NCBI GenBank assembly: GCA_963709585.1
Contig: CAVPXI010000014.1
Span: 64,001-128,000 of the forward strand
Length of the DNA stretch: 64,000 bases
Direction: 5' to 3'
DNA from: Candidatus Dormiibacterota bacterium
GTDB taxonomy: Bacteria; Chloroflexota; Dormibacteria; Aeolococcales; Aeolococcaceae
Under the pieces are notes generated by a model. It searched no databases, was not told where the DNA came from, and worked only from the letters and a program-made list of their open reading frames with translations. The position numbers and the translations under genes are program-made. This document shows positions 1-9,611 of the stretch, in pieces (position 1 is the stretch's first letter; every line of letters starts with the position of its first letter).

Positions 1-274
1 CTCTATTGGCTGACGAACACGGGGATATCCTCGGCTCGAACTCTATTGGGAGAACAAGGCCGACTTCTTCAACGCAAAAAACATCACCATCCCGTTTGCG
101 ATCAGCGTCTTCCCCGATGAGCTCTACGCGGCGCCGCGGAGTTGGGCCGAGCGTGCGTATCCCAAGAACCTCATTCACTTCAAGGAGCTCGACCGAGGCG
201 GTCACTTCGCTGCATGGGAGCAGCCACAACTGTTCTGCGAGGAGATGCGCGAGTTGTTCCGGTCGCTGCGCTGA
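1..274 (+). CDS. epoxide hydrolase family protein, C-terminal part (5' truncated by window edge; +1 frameshift at ~40)
   Basis: Manual translation gives LYWLTNTGISSAR, then in frame 2 LYWENKADFF...SVFPDELYAAPRSWAERAYP...DRGGHFAAWEQPQLF..., stop TGA 272-274. GGHFAAWEQP is the epoxide hydrolase catalytic-His motif. Confidence 0.85.
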
Positions 275-559
275 TGGAAGTTCAGTAATCACATTGGGAT
301 AGCGATCTCCCTGCCCAACACGATCGTGAGGGCCCCATGAGTTCGGGTGGCTGGGACGGATTTCCACGACGCCGGTGCATCCGTCACCACCCCTCGGGGC
401 GCAATGGTCCTAAAACCTCGTCTTCGCTGCCGTCGCAATCGTCATCACCTTGTTTGGCGCAGCGGTGATCTTCGATGCGCCACTGTCCTTTGACATTCCG
501 TTCTTCATCCTCTCCCTCGTACTCGCCATCGCCGAGATCTTCTCGCTAGGCTTGGTACT

Positions 560-935
560 CGTCGCTCTGGTTCGCACGCGGGCGGAAGGTGTCTTCACTT
601 GCGTCGACGTCTCACCCGCGTCCGAGACATTCGAGAACTTCCGGGGGTCCGTGGCGCACACCTTGTGATTGGACGTAGAGCGGGTCTCCGTGTTCGGGTT
701 TCTGCGTGTAGCGGACGTCTCCGAGCGTGGTGCCGTCCGGAAGAATGATCTGCCAATCGGCGCTGGCCGCGGGAAGCAGTGTCCCGCGCAGTTCCGGTCC
801 GCTGAATGTCCCGCCGGTCAGTGGAACGATGCGCCGCTGACCGGCGGAGATCTGGCCGACGTCTTGGGGGTCGCCAACGGTCGCTTCCAACCGGTAGACG
901 AGGTCCACGCGAGGATCAGGACGACGACTGTTCAC
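560..935 (-). pseudogene. DUF3237 family protein, disrupted/truncated
   Basis: Contains GQRRIVPLTGGTFSGPELRG...SADWQ...DVRY...QGVRHGPPEVL. An in-frame TGA at 612-614 is followed by DVDASEDTFR, after which family similarity is lost. Confidence 0.7.
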
Positions 936-1061
936 GGCCTCACTCCTGATTTGGTCGCGGTCGCTTTCAAGATTTGAGCGGCGATGCCAGCGGCCAGCGT
1001 GGTCAGGGCGGTCTGAGCGAAGGCCCGACCTAAGAGGCGGCTCGCCCGGGTCGGCAATGCG

Positions 1062-1697
1062 TCAGGCCCCTGCGATCAGCGACCGCGCTTCTGCCGGGCC
1101 GACTACGAGATCGTGAAGGTCCCCGCCCACCTCTAGTCGGCTCGACTGCTTGATCCCGCCGAGCTTCATCGGCTCGAAGCCGGCCGTCCGGATCAACCGC
1201 TCGACCACGTCGCTCCCACGGTCGTCGTCGGTTACGTAGAACAGAACGGCGGGTTCGGATGATCGGTTGCTCGAGGACTCGAAGAGATCGGCCGACATGG
1301 TGCCAAACGCCATGGCCAACCGTGCCCCGCTCGGCAACCACCCGGCGATCGTCTCGCCAGATGATTGCCCTTGTGGTAGGAGCCGCACAACCTTCCCTTG
1401 CGCGTCGAGGCCGACCGGGTTGCTCGGAGCGATGAGGGACTTGTCGCCCAGCGCGTCGGCGATCTCGTCGATGACGTCCTTCAGCACGGAGAACCGCAGC
1501 GCGAGGATGACAGCGTCGGCTCCCTGCAGCGCGCTCCGGTTGTCGACCGCCACGACAGCAGTCTCGCCGATCTCCTCAGCGAGCCTTCGTGCCGACTCGT
1601 TGTCGGCGCTGGAGAGCTGCAGGGCCTCCCCACCGGAGGCGAGCTGACGGGCGATGGCCGATCCGATCCCTCCGGTGCCGACGATGGCGGTGGTCAT
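1062..1697 (-). CDS. NADPH-dependent F420 reductase-like / NADP oxidoreductase
   Basis: N-terminal Rossmann motif IVGTGGIG, plus ADAVILA, PSNP and AF(G)T motifs. RBS GAGGAGG precedes ATG 1697. Confidence 0.8.
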   Translation of the reverse strand: MTTAIVGTGGIGSAIARQLASGGEALQLSSADNESARRLAEEIGETAVVAVDNRSALQGADAVILALRFSVLKDVIDEIADALGDKSLIAPSNPVGLDAQGKVVRLLPQGQSSGETIAGWLPSGARLAMAFGTMSADLFESSSNRSSEPAVLFYVTDDDRGSDVVERLIRTAGFEPMKLGGIKQSSRLEVGGDLHDLVVGPAEARSLIAGA

Positions 1698-1871
1698 GAT
1701 CGAAACCTCCTCAGCGTCACCGCGCTGACGACAGGGGCTTGGGACCACGGCGGTCCATCAGGCTCACGGGGTCTCTGTGAGGGCTGGGGAACGGCGGAAG
1801 ATGCTGTCCGGACGATGGTCCTTGGCGTGCCGAAGTGCCATCCGGCTCCGACTCAAGCAGGGAACTCACCC

Positions 1872-2336
1872 TTACTCCTCGACGGACGGGCTTGATGGCC
1901 AGTGCGGGGGCACCCAGTCCCCCCTTGGGTCGATGGTTTGGCCCACTTCGATCAGATGACCGTCGGGATCGCGGATGTAGCAACGGATTTCGTATTGGTG
2001 CTGTTTCGGCGGCGTCAGGAATTGAGCACCCCGGGCGCTCCATTCGGCATACACGGACTTGATGTCTTTGACTCGAATGTTGAGGAAGCTGCTGACCCGG
2101 TCGGGTTCGGCAGGCGTCTCCAGGGTGACCGCAGGCTTGTCGTCGGTTGGGCCTCCGCCGACGTTGATGATGATCCAGCTGTTGGCTAGGGCGACATAGG
2201 TCAGCCCTCCGGGGCCGGAGAAGGCCAGTGCGCCTCCGAGCACTTCGGTGTAGAAGCGCCGGGAGCGCTCGACATCGTCGGAGACGATGAAGTGGGCCAG
2301 CACGATGCCCTCTGGGGGCGGCGGGAGCTCGGTCAT
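1872..2336 (-). CDS. VOC/glyoxalase family protein
   Basis: HFIVSDDVERSRRFYTEVLG...RCYIRDPDGHLIEVGQ; RBS GGAGG. Confidence 0.9.
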   Translation of the reverse strand: MTELPPPPEGIVLAHFIVSDDVERSRRFYTEVLGGALAFSGPGGLTYVALANSWIIINVGGGPTDDKPAVTLETPAEPDRVSSFLNIRVKDIKSVYAEWSARGAQFLTPPKQHQYEIRCYIRDPDGHLIEVGQTIDPRGDWVPPHWPSSPSVEE

Positions 2337-2339
2337 CTT

Positions 2340-2731
2340 CTACCTCCACTGGTTGGGTTTAGGGTCGAGTTGCGCTCCGGGCGCTCGTGAATGGAACACC
2401 CCACTGACCGTGCCTCGCCGGCTGACAAGTTCGTCGCGCCCGGCTTCGATGTCAGACACGAGCAGGTACAGGCAATGGGCCGATCCGGGTGACGCCCTCG
2501 TGATGTGGGTGCCGAACTGCACAGAACACTGCGATCCAGGTGGCGTGAATTGCATGACCCGGAAGCCGTTGTCGAAGGAGAAGTCGGCGTCAACCTCCAG
2601 CCGAAGCCGGCGTAGAACGCCTTGGAGCGATCGGGCGTCGGCCAGGGGATAACGACCGCCTCCAGCTTGAGATCGGTCGGCTCGCTGCTCGGCGACCCGC
2701 CGGGTGCGCTCTGTCCAACGAGGGTGCTCAT
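2340..2731 (-). pseudogene. VOC/glyoxalase family protein, frameshifted and truncated
   Basis: DLKLEAVVIP..DRSKAFYAGFGWRL in one frame continues as DADFSFDNGFRVMQFTPPGSQCSVQFG...LYLLVSDIEA in another. The C-terminal DPDGN motif is missing. Confidence 0.7.
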
Positions 2732-2945
2732 CCCGCCGTCCTCTGTCTGGTCCCGAAAGGATTGTCGCACCCAGGCGAATGCCTTGCACCTGAAACATCC
2801 CTCGCGCTCGGGGTTCGACGTCGTTTCAGCGCACGGGGGTCGAATGGCGATGCACTGCACGTCTCAACTTTTCCGCCCGGACCGCGAGCAGTTCGAGTTT
2901 CCTATGGTCGAGAACCCGAGCGGAGGGGCGCCTCGACACCCATGG

Positions 2946-3560
2946 TCAACGTTTGATGCCGATGCTCTTGCCTTCGGTGTATCGGATCGGCTCCTCCAGT
3001 GTGTCGACGAGGAATTGATCCCGGTCTCCGCGTTCCCATGCCTCCCTCAACCCCGGAGCCGCCAAGTCGAAGTCGGGGCGAATTTTCTTGAACACACCCC
3101 TCAGATCTACGTGGAGCTCTGCCATCGTGGGCCGGCCCCAGTACCAGTATCCGTTGTAGATCTTGAAGATTTTGAGTCCGGGCTCGAGGACGAACGTGTG
3201 GGGGATCATCGGATCGTGCGGCTCATCCGTGAACTCTTTGATGGCCAGATCCTTCTGGACGACCCGATCGGGGTCCGACAAGAACGGCCACGTGGCGCCC
3301 AGCGCGTCCCGGAACTCATTGATGTTCAGCTGAGTGTCGGTCGAGATGAGGGCCAATCGCGTGTAAGCATTCCTGAACTCGGGATATACGCTGACCAATT
3401 GCCGCACGAACTGATGCTCTTTGGGATCGAAGCCGCCACGGGACAGATGGAGCACCATTGGGTTGCCCCCCTGGAGCTCCGACAGGGATCGCCGCCGGCC
3501 GGATTGATCGGCGAGCTCGTAGTCGGGAAACGTCTCACCTTCACGGATGTCGCTGCGCAT
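2946..3560 (-). CDS. redoxin (AhpC/TSA-like thioredoxin fold) protein, cysteine-free paralog
   Basis: MRSDIREGETFPDYELADQSG...LSELQG...FLSDPDRVVQKDL; clearly paralogous to 5629..6231. Confidence 0.8.
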   Translation of the reverse strand: MRSDIREGETFPDYELADQSGRRRSLSELQGGNPMVLHLSRGGFDPKEHQFVRQLVSVYPEFRNAYTRLALISTDTQLNINEFRDALGATWPFLSDPDRVVQKDLAIKEFTDEPHDPMIPHTFVLEPGLKIFKIYNGYWYWGRPTMAELHVDLRGVFKKIRPDFDLAAPGLREAWERGDRDQFLVDTLEEPIRYTEGKSIGIKR

Positions 3561-3728
3561 GTGGCCTCCAAACTTCAAACGATCTGGTGCAAAGATCTCA
3601 CGCGAGCCCAGCCGATGTTGAGTCGGTTGCGCCTGTCCCTCGCTCTTACTGGACTGCGATGAGTCCGCTCTTTTAGTCGTCTTTGTTGATGCCCAAGGTC
3701 GCTGCAATCCCCAGTCGACGCGCAACTC

Positions 3729-4553
3729 TCAAACGGGCGGTTCGATGTCGTCGTAGATTCGGGCGGCCGCCAGCAAACCGTCCGGACCTCGCTCATAGAC
3801 GCTAATTCCAGCTTGCGGTGTCAGGTCATGACTGCCCCATCGAACACAGTTGAATTCCAGGGCGCAACGTACGCCGTCGTCGGTCACGGTGCACTGCTCG
3901 AGTTTGAGCCCACCACCTGCCTTGAAGCACTCGGCGAAATACGAACGCAGCTCACTCGTGCCATGGTGTAGATAGTGCGGACCGATCAACTCGCGGAAGT
4001 ACCCATCTGGGGCGAACGCGCTCACGATGGAGTCGAGATCTCCGGCGCTTAGCGCGGCTAGATATCGGCCCACAACGCCACTCAGCTGGGTGTTTGCCGG
4101 CTTGAGCAGGGGGCGCCTGATGTGACGCTGTCCGTCGACCGGCCATTGGCTGCAATAGGTGCGGAACACGACCGCCAGTTCATCAGCGGACTCTGCAACG
4201 ACGGCTATCGGCCAATCCACCGGCTGACCTGCGTAGTCGTCCAGGTGCGCTAGCAGCTCCACGACGGCCCGCCCGCCAATACAGATGGTGGCTACGGTTT
4301 CGATGCGGACGTGGCGCTCAGCCCACAACAATTGATTGTTGCGGACAAACCGTCGAAGCTGTCGATGACCGCGCACTTCCCCCTCCCGGGGGTCGTAAAT
4401 CGCCACTTGGCCGGGCCATATTTCTTCTAGCTCGTGAGCGCGCCCGGTCTCGAGGGCGTTGAAGTACTGCTGGACGGGATCAGCAAGGCCCTCGGACCGT
4501 CTCTGGCGGCGGGCGAGTTCAACGGCACTAACGAAGTCTGGAAACCATGGCAT
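3729..4553 (-). CDS. SnoaL-like / NTF2 family protein with two tandem domains
   Basis: Repeated helix-then-beta pattern: VQQYFNALETG and VGRYLAALSAGDLDSIVSAFAPDG...AARIYDD. Confidence 0.7.
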   Translation of the reverse strand: MPWFPDFVSAVELARRQRRSEGLADPVQQYFNALETGRAHELEEIWPGQVAIYDPREGEVRGHRQLRRFVRNNQLLWAERHVRIETVATICIGGRAVVELLAHLDDYAGQPVDWPIAVVAESADELAVVFRTYCSQWPVDGQRHIRRPLLKPANTQLSGVVGRYLAALSAGDLDSIVSAFAPDGYFRELIGPHYLHHGTSELRSYFAECFKAGGGLKLEQCTVTDDGVRCALEFNCVRWGSHDLTPQAGISVYERGPDGLLAAARIYDDIEPPV

Positions 4554-4616
4554 TTTGCCGTCCAGGGTACCGTCTCTTCTGGCAGAGCGATGGGACGGTC
4601 AACCCGCCGGCGTGGC

Positions 4617-5567
4617 TTACAAACGCGAGACGAGGTCAGCCACGATCTCCGCCGCTGGTCGTAGCTGCCTGGCGAGCGCGACGCTCTGTCCGGCCCACAT
4701 GGAGAGCGCTTCAATGTCACCGGTGGTGCCAACCATCGGGGGCGCTGGCTCGTAGCGGACGATTGCTTCGCCCGAAGCGAAGTGCGCGATGACATCACCC
4801 GCTCCGGGCCGACTCTCCAGAGGCGGGCGGCCCGCGGCCTCCCAGATCTCGGCCGTCGAGTTTCGGAGCGCGCGATGGGGCGAGTCCGGCCAATCGACGT
4901 CATAGAGGTCGGGGTACCACTCCGCGTCGGTCTCGACGGCGTTGATCAGGCGAGTGCGGTAGTCCTGGTGAATGGGCATCTCGTGGGCAAGCAGAAACTG
5001 GGTACCCACCCACGCCGCCTGAGCGCCTAAGGCGAGGACAGCGGCCACACCGCGAGCGTCCCCGATCCCACCGGCCGCGATCACCGGCACCGGCGCCACC
5101 GCGTCCACGACGGCGGGCACCAACGGGAGCGTCGCAATCTGACTCCCCACGTGCCCCCCAGCCTCCCAACCCTGCGCCACGATGACATCAGCTCCGCGGG
5201 CGACCGCTCGCCGCGCCTCTCGGGCGCTTCCGACCGTACACAGAACAAGTCCGCCGGCATCGTGGACCCGCTCGATGTAGCCAGCGGGATCTCCCAGAAA
5301 CAGTGACACGATCCGCAAACCGGCCTCCAGGGCTTGATCGAGGCGACGGTGCTGATCGGAGGTGAGAACAAGGTTGCCGCAGAAGGGACGATCGGTGAGC
5401 GCCGCCGTCTCGCGAACCACGTCTCCTGCCGGGTCGGACCACGTGAGCGTCACCATGCCGAGCCCGCCGGCATTCGAGACCGCTGCCGCCAGTTCGGGCA
5501 CCGCCACCATCGCCGCCAAGACAATCGGTTGTTCAATCCCGAGCAGTTCGCAGACCGGCGTCCGCAT
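4617..5567 (-). CDS. nitronate monooxygenase family flavoprotein
   Basis: LAAAVSNAGGLG, VAQGWEAGGH, VIAAGGIGDARG, AWVGTQF, MWAGQSV. Confidence 0.9.
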   Translation of the reverse strand: MRTPVCELLGIEQPIVLAAMVAVPELAAAVSNAGGLGMVTLTWSDPAGDVVRETAALTDRPFCGNLVLTSDQHRRLDQALEAGLRIVSLFLGDPAGYIERVHDAGGLVLCTVGSAREARRAVARGADVIVAQGWEAGGHVGSQIATLPLVPAVVDAVAPVPVIAAGGIGDARGVAAVLALGAQAAWVGTQFLLAHEMPIHQDYRTRLINAVETDAEWYPDLYDVDWPDSPHRALRNSTAEIWEAAGRPPLESRPGAGDVIAHFASGEAIVRYEPAPPMVGTTGDIEALSMWAGQSVALARQLRPAAEIVADLVSRL

Positions 5568-5628
5568 TACTGCCCCCTACCCTTTCGATCCAGGCCGTCC
5601 TCCATGCGAACGGACAGATCCATGTCTT

Positions 5629-6231
5629 CTAGGACACGTACGATGTGGGCATCGACTTAGCGGCGCGTTTGTTCCAACCGTGGAAGCTCGAGTAGTCGCC
5701 TTCGTCCCAGGCCCCGCGCAATCCCGGTTTGCTCAGGTCCCAGTCGGGGCGGAACTCACTCGACGCAGCGCACAAGTCGGACCACAAGTCGTAAAACGAC
5801 GGGCGTCCCCAGAACCAGTAGCCGTTGTAGATGGAGTGGATAAGGAGTCCAGGCTTGAGGACGAGCGTGTGGGGAATCATCGGATCGTGCTCGGGGTCGG
5901 TGTATTCCTGGATGTCGAGGTCCTTTTGGATCGTCCGAGCTGGGTCCGAGAGAAAGGTCCATTGGGCACCCACTGAAGCACGGAACTCCTGCAGGGTGTG
6001 GTGGTCATCGGTGGCGATGGTGACGACCTGGGTATAGGCAACGGCGATTTTCGAATAGTTCGCTGCGAGCTCCAGGTGCTGCTGGTGTTCCTTCGGACAG
6101 TAATTGCCTCGCGCCAGCGTGAGGATCATCGGATCGTCACCTTGGAGTTCACTGAGTGTGCGAACGATGTTGGTGTGATCGGGCAACGAGTAGTCGGGGA
6201 ACACGCCGCCTGGTCTTATGTCGGATCGCAT
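5629..6231 (-). CDS. redoxin (AhpC/TSA-like) protein with CPKE active-site motif
   Basis: MRSDIRPGGVFPDYSLPDHT...LARGNYCPKEHQQH; RBS AAGAGGG precedes ATG 6231. Confidence 0.8.
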   Translation of the reverse strand: MRSDIRPGGVFPDYSLPDHTNIVRTLSELQGDDPMILTLARGNYCPKEHQQHLELAANYSKIAVAYTQVVTIATDDHHTLQEFRASVGAQWTFLSDPARTIQKDLDIQEYTDPEHDPMIPHTLVLKPGLLIHSIYNGYWFWGRPSFYDLWSDLCAASSEFRPDWDLSKPGLRGAWDEGDYSSFHGWNKRAAKSMPTSYVS

Positions 6232-6540
6232 GGATGACCCTCTTTCACTCGACCGATGCCTGCCGGGAATCTCAGTGTCGGTTGGGTTGGTCGCCGGGTG
6301 GCGCATCTCGCCGGGAGACCACCCGCCCTGCCACCGGCGTGGCAACTCCAAAGATTGCGCCACCCGACATGAGATGTCCATAGGGGATCAGAAGACCGCC
6401 GTCGCGAGGTGCGATTCGGGGGTCCGCAACGAGAACGGCTGCTCCAGAAGGGCTGCGGCGTTAGCGATAGATCCCGTCGCGTCGCCCGCTGTCTCAATCG
6501 CGTACTTGTGCAGGCCACGGGTGGCTGTCCACGGGCTTGG

Positions 6541-7302
6541 TCAGCCCCCGGCTGCGCGGCCCCCGTCGATACGGAGCGTCGCACCAGTGACGAACTTGGC
6601 GCGTTCGAGGTAGAGAACCCCGTCGACCACGTCGCTGACCTCGCCCACTCGTCCCAGGGGATGTCGTTTAGCCAGCTCATGGTACGAAGCCGGGTCGTGA
6701 AGTGGGGTCTCGATGATGCCGAGCGCCACCGCATTGACTCGGACGCCCCGTCCGGCGTACTCGGTGGCCAGAGAGCGTGTCACCGCCTCCAGCCCGCCCT
6801 TGGTCAGGGAGGAAAGGGCCGATGGTTCCCTTGCGTCCGCGTGCTCCACGAGGCTGGTACTGACGTTGACGACGTGGCCTCCACCCTGGGAGACCATCTG
6901 CGCGATGGCGCGCTGGGTCATGTGGAAGAACCCGGTGAGGTTGACCGACGTGATCGCCATGTAATCGTCGAGCGTGTAATCGGTGAACGCCTTCCCGATG
7001 TAGATACCTGCGTTGTTGATCAGCGTATCGATCCGACCGAACCGATCGAGCCCCTGCCGGACCACAAGTTCGGCGGTCTCGGCATGCGCGATGTCTCCGG
7101 GTATCATCAGCACATCCGGTGTCGCGGACGGCTCGACGGAAAGCGCCGTACCCACTACGGCATAACCCGCCGCGGTGAAAGCGGCAGCGATGCCTGCACC
7201 GATCCCTTTCGACGCCCCGGTGACGATCGCCACCTTCTTCTCCGCTCGTGACGCACCATGCTCCGGCTCTGACGCCGGCGTTGCGCTTACGGAAGATGTC
7301 AT
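6541..7302 (-). CDS. short-chain dehydrogenase/reductase (SDR)
   Basis: TGASKGIG, LINNAG, VRVNAV; SLTKGG occupies the YxxxK position. Confidence 0.9.
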   Translation of the reverse strand: MTSSVSATPASEPEHGASRAEKKVAIVTGASKGIGAGIAAAFTAAGYAVVGTALSVEPSATPDVLMIPGDIAHAETAELVVRQGLDRFGRIDTLINNAGIYIGKAFTDYTLDDYMAITSVNLTGFFHMTQRAIAQMVSQGGGHVVNVSTSLVEHADAREPSALSSLTKGGLEAVTRSLATEYAGRGVRVNAVALGIIETPLHDPASYHELAKRHPLGRVGEVSDVVDGVLYLERAKFVTGATLRIDGGRAAGG

Positions 7303-7628
7303 CGACGCTCTCCTTCACTCCTTGGGACCTGGCCGGGTCGCCGCCCTCAGACGTATAGGAGCTTGACACTCGGGTGCGCGCGTGTGCGTAGTGGCCATTC
7401 GCGGCAGGGTTTTGCGGTCAGCCGAGCCGTACGGACCACCCGACCTCACCTGGCGGTCTACCTCAGCGGTTATCGTCCGCCGAGAGTCGCGCGACTTATA
7501 GTGGTTTTGCAGGAAAGAACATCAATCAGGGAATGAGTACTAGTCCCTGCAAAGTGACTGATCCCCGCAGGTTGGAATCGGCTGCAACTGAGTGGACATG
7601 GCTTCACTGCAGTGGAAGGGGCTGCGAA

Positions 7629-7702
7629 TCGGGGAGACAGGACTCGAACCTGCGACCCCTGGTCCCCCAGACCAGTACTCTAACCATCTGAGCTACTCCC
7701 CG
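7629..7702 (-). tRNA. tRNA-Pro (anticodon GGG), CCA not encoded
   Basis: Reverse complement CGGGGAGTAGCTCAGATGGTTAGAGTACTGGTCTGGGGGACCAGGGGTCGCAGGTTCGAGTCCTGTCTCCCCGA. Acceptor stem CGGGGAG/CTCCCCG, anticodon arm CTGGT-CTGGGGG-ACCAG, T-loop GGTTCGAG. Confidence 0.95.
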
Positions 7703-7752
7703 AGGCGCGCTCAGCGACTCTAGCGCGCCAGGCCCACGCGGCAGAAAATGCC

Positions 7753-9162
7753 TCAGTCGTCGCTCTCGTCGCGGTGACGGGTCACGATCCGGAGCCGCAC
7801 CCCGGCGAAGCCGAAGACGGCACGGATTCGGTTCTCGAGATAGCGCTGATACGCGAAGTGCATCAGCTCGGGGTCGTTGACGAAGAGCACGATCGTCGGC
7901 ACCGGGCTTCGCGCTTGCGTGGCGTAGAGGATCTTGAGGCGCCGACCTTTGTGGGTTCGAGGCGGATGCTCATCGAGCGCATTGCGAATGAGATTGTTGA
8001 GCGCCGGTGTCGGGATGTGGATCGCTCGCGCGTCGGCGACCGCCAGCACCGCCGGCATCACGCGCTTGAGGTTGCGACGCTCGGTGGCCGACAGGGTGAG
8101 CACCGGAACGCCCGGAACGAACGAGAACGAGTCCTGGAGCTTCTTCAGGAATCCCGGGTCGACCCGATCCTCGTGCTTCACCAGATCCCACTTGTTCGCA
8201 GCCACGACCAGGCCGGCGCCGGCCTCCACCGCATACCCGGCGATGTGCCGGTCCTGAGCGCTCGCTCCCTCCGACGCGTCGATCACCAGAACACCAACGT
8301 CGCTGCGTTGCAGGGCGCGGAGCGATCGCAGCAGGCTGTAGCGCTCGACGTTCTCGGTGACGATGCCCCGCCGCCGGATGCCCGCCGTATCGACGAGCCG
8401 GATCTTCCGCCCATCGAGCGAAACCACGGTGTCGACGACGTCGCGCGTCGTTCCCGCGACCGGCGACACCAGCGCGCGCTCCGAGCCGACCAGCCCGTTG
8501 AGCAGGGAGGACTTTCCGGTGTTAGGCCGGCCGATGATCGCGACGCTCACCTCGCCCGCCGCAGGCTCGGTCCCCGCAGCCCCGTTCTCGGGAAGCTCGG
8601 CAACGAAGCGATCGAGCAGATCACCGGTGTCTGTCCCCTGGAGCGCCGAGATCAGGAGCGGATCGCCGAGCCCGAGCCGGTACAGCTCGTCGGCGCGATA
8701 GCGGTCGACCTGGCTGTCGGCCTTGTTGCCCACCAGGATCACCGGCCGCCCCCCGCGCCGCAGCGCCTGGGCGATCTCCTCGTCCAGCGCGGTCACGCCG
8801 TCACGGACGTCGACCATGAAGCAGCAGACGTCAGCTTCGGTGATCGCCATCTCCGCCTGCTCCCGGGTCGCCCGCGTCAGGGCGGCGATGTCAGGGGCGG
8901 CGTCGCGCGGCAGGGGCACGTCCAGCCCGGCGGTGTCCACGACCGTGAAGCGCTTGCCGCCCCACTCCACCACGCCATATAGACGGTCGCGCGTCAGCCC
9001 GGCGAACGCGTCCACGATCGCTCGCCGAGTGCCCGTGAGCCGGTTGAACAGCGTGGACTTGCCGACATTGGGACGGCCGACGATCGCCACCACGCCCACT
9101 GCCGGCGCAATCGGATCCGCCTCATCGCGGCGACGCCGGCGAGTGGCGCCGGCCGGGCTCAT
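7753..9162 (-). CDS. der: ribosome biogenesis GTPase Der (EngA)
   Basis: Two G domains (GRPNVGKS/DTAG/NKAD and GRPNTGKS/DTAG/NKWD) and a KH-like C-terminus YQRYLENRIR. ATG 9162 overlaps the upstream stop (ATGA). Confidence 0.97.
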   Translation of the reverse strand: MSPAGATRRRRRDEADPIAPAVGVVAIVGRPNVGKSTLFNRLTGTRRAIVDAFAGLTRDRLYGVVEWGGKRFTVVDTAGLDVPLPRDAAPDIAALTRATREQAEMAITEADVCCFMVDVRDGVTALDEEIAQALRRGGRPVILVGNKADSQVDRYRADELYRLGLGDPLLISALQGTDTGDLLDRFVAELPENGAAGTEPAAGEVSVAIIGRPNTGKSSLLNGLVGSERALVSPVAGTTRDVVDTVVSLDGRKIRLVDTAGIRRRGIVTENVERYSLLRSLRALQRSDVGVLVIDASEGASAQDRHIAGYAVEAGAGLVVAANKWDLVKHEDRVDPGFLKKLQDSFSFVPGVPVLTLSATERRNLKRVMPAVLAVADARAIHIPTPALNNLIRNALDEHPPRTHKGRRLKILYATQARSPVPTIVLFVNDPELMHFAYQRYLENRIRAVFGFAGVRLRIVTRHRDESDD

Positions 9163-9611
9163 TTCCCCCCGCCGGGGACCGGCGAGATGTCCATCGCGAT
9201 CTGCGCGAACGGGGCTCCCTCGGTTTCCAGCGCGAAGGCGTTGAAATCCTCCGCGCCCGCCTGGGTGGTCCGGCAGATGATGTAGACGTAGTCGAGCCAC
9301 GCCCGGTCGGTGTCGAACTGTGAGGGCCGCGCCGGGTGATCGGGGTGGCTGTGCCAGATGCCGGCGATGTCGAGCCCCCGCGATCGCGCGTCGCGATCCG
9401 CCTGCATGAAGTCAACGGGGTCGAGGTCGTAGCGATCGGCGCTGCGCTCGGTCCACATATTGCGTGCCGACGTCGCGTCGACGATGAGCATGCGCGTCCC
9501 GTCGCGCCGTCCGAGCAGAACGCCGCAACCCTCGTTGGGGTAGGCGGCGACGGCAAGGTCGCGAACGCGCTGCGCCGCGGCGGGCGCGATCGTCGCGAAA
9601 CGCAGGTTCAA
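9159..9611 (-). CDS. mec: M67/JAB metallopeptidase (Mec-like)
   Basis: AYPNEGCGVLLG and JAMM motif WHSHPDHPARPSQFD; directly downstream of cysteine synthase. Confidence 0.85.
   Translation of the reverse strand: MNLRFATIAPAAAQRVRDLAVAAYPNEGCGVLLGRRDGTRMLIVDATSARNMWTERSADRYDLDPVDFMQADRDARSRGLDIAGIWHSHPDHPARPSQFDTDRAWLDYVYIICRTTQAGAEDFNAFALETEGAPFAQIAMDISPVPGGGK

Noticed and set aside
612-614. Selenocysteine or readthrough at the in-frame TGA of the DUF3237 gene
   Set aside because: As I recall the family, the position corresponds to a Glu (GRGEDVD), not a Cys. Similarity ends ten codons later, so decay or error is the simpler explanation.
410-668. Short hydrophobic plus-strand ORF (450..668) and its minus-strand counterpart
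   Set aside because: There is no convincing start or RBS and it overlaps the broken DUF3237 gene; at best it is a fragment of a membrane-protein gene.
7303-7628. Integrase remnant or riboswitch next to the tRNA
   Set aside because: No tyrosine or serine recombinase motifs and no recognisable riboswitch consensus could be read by eye.
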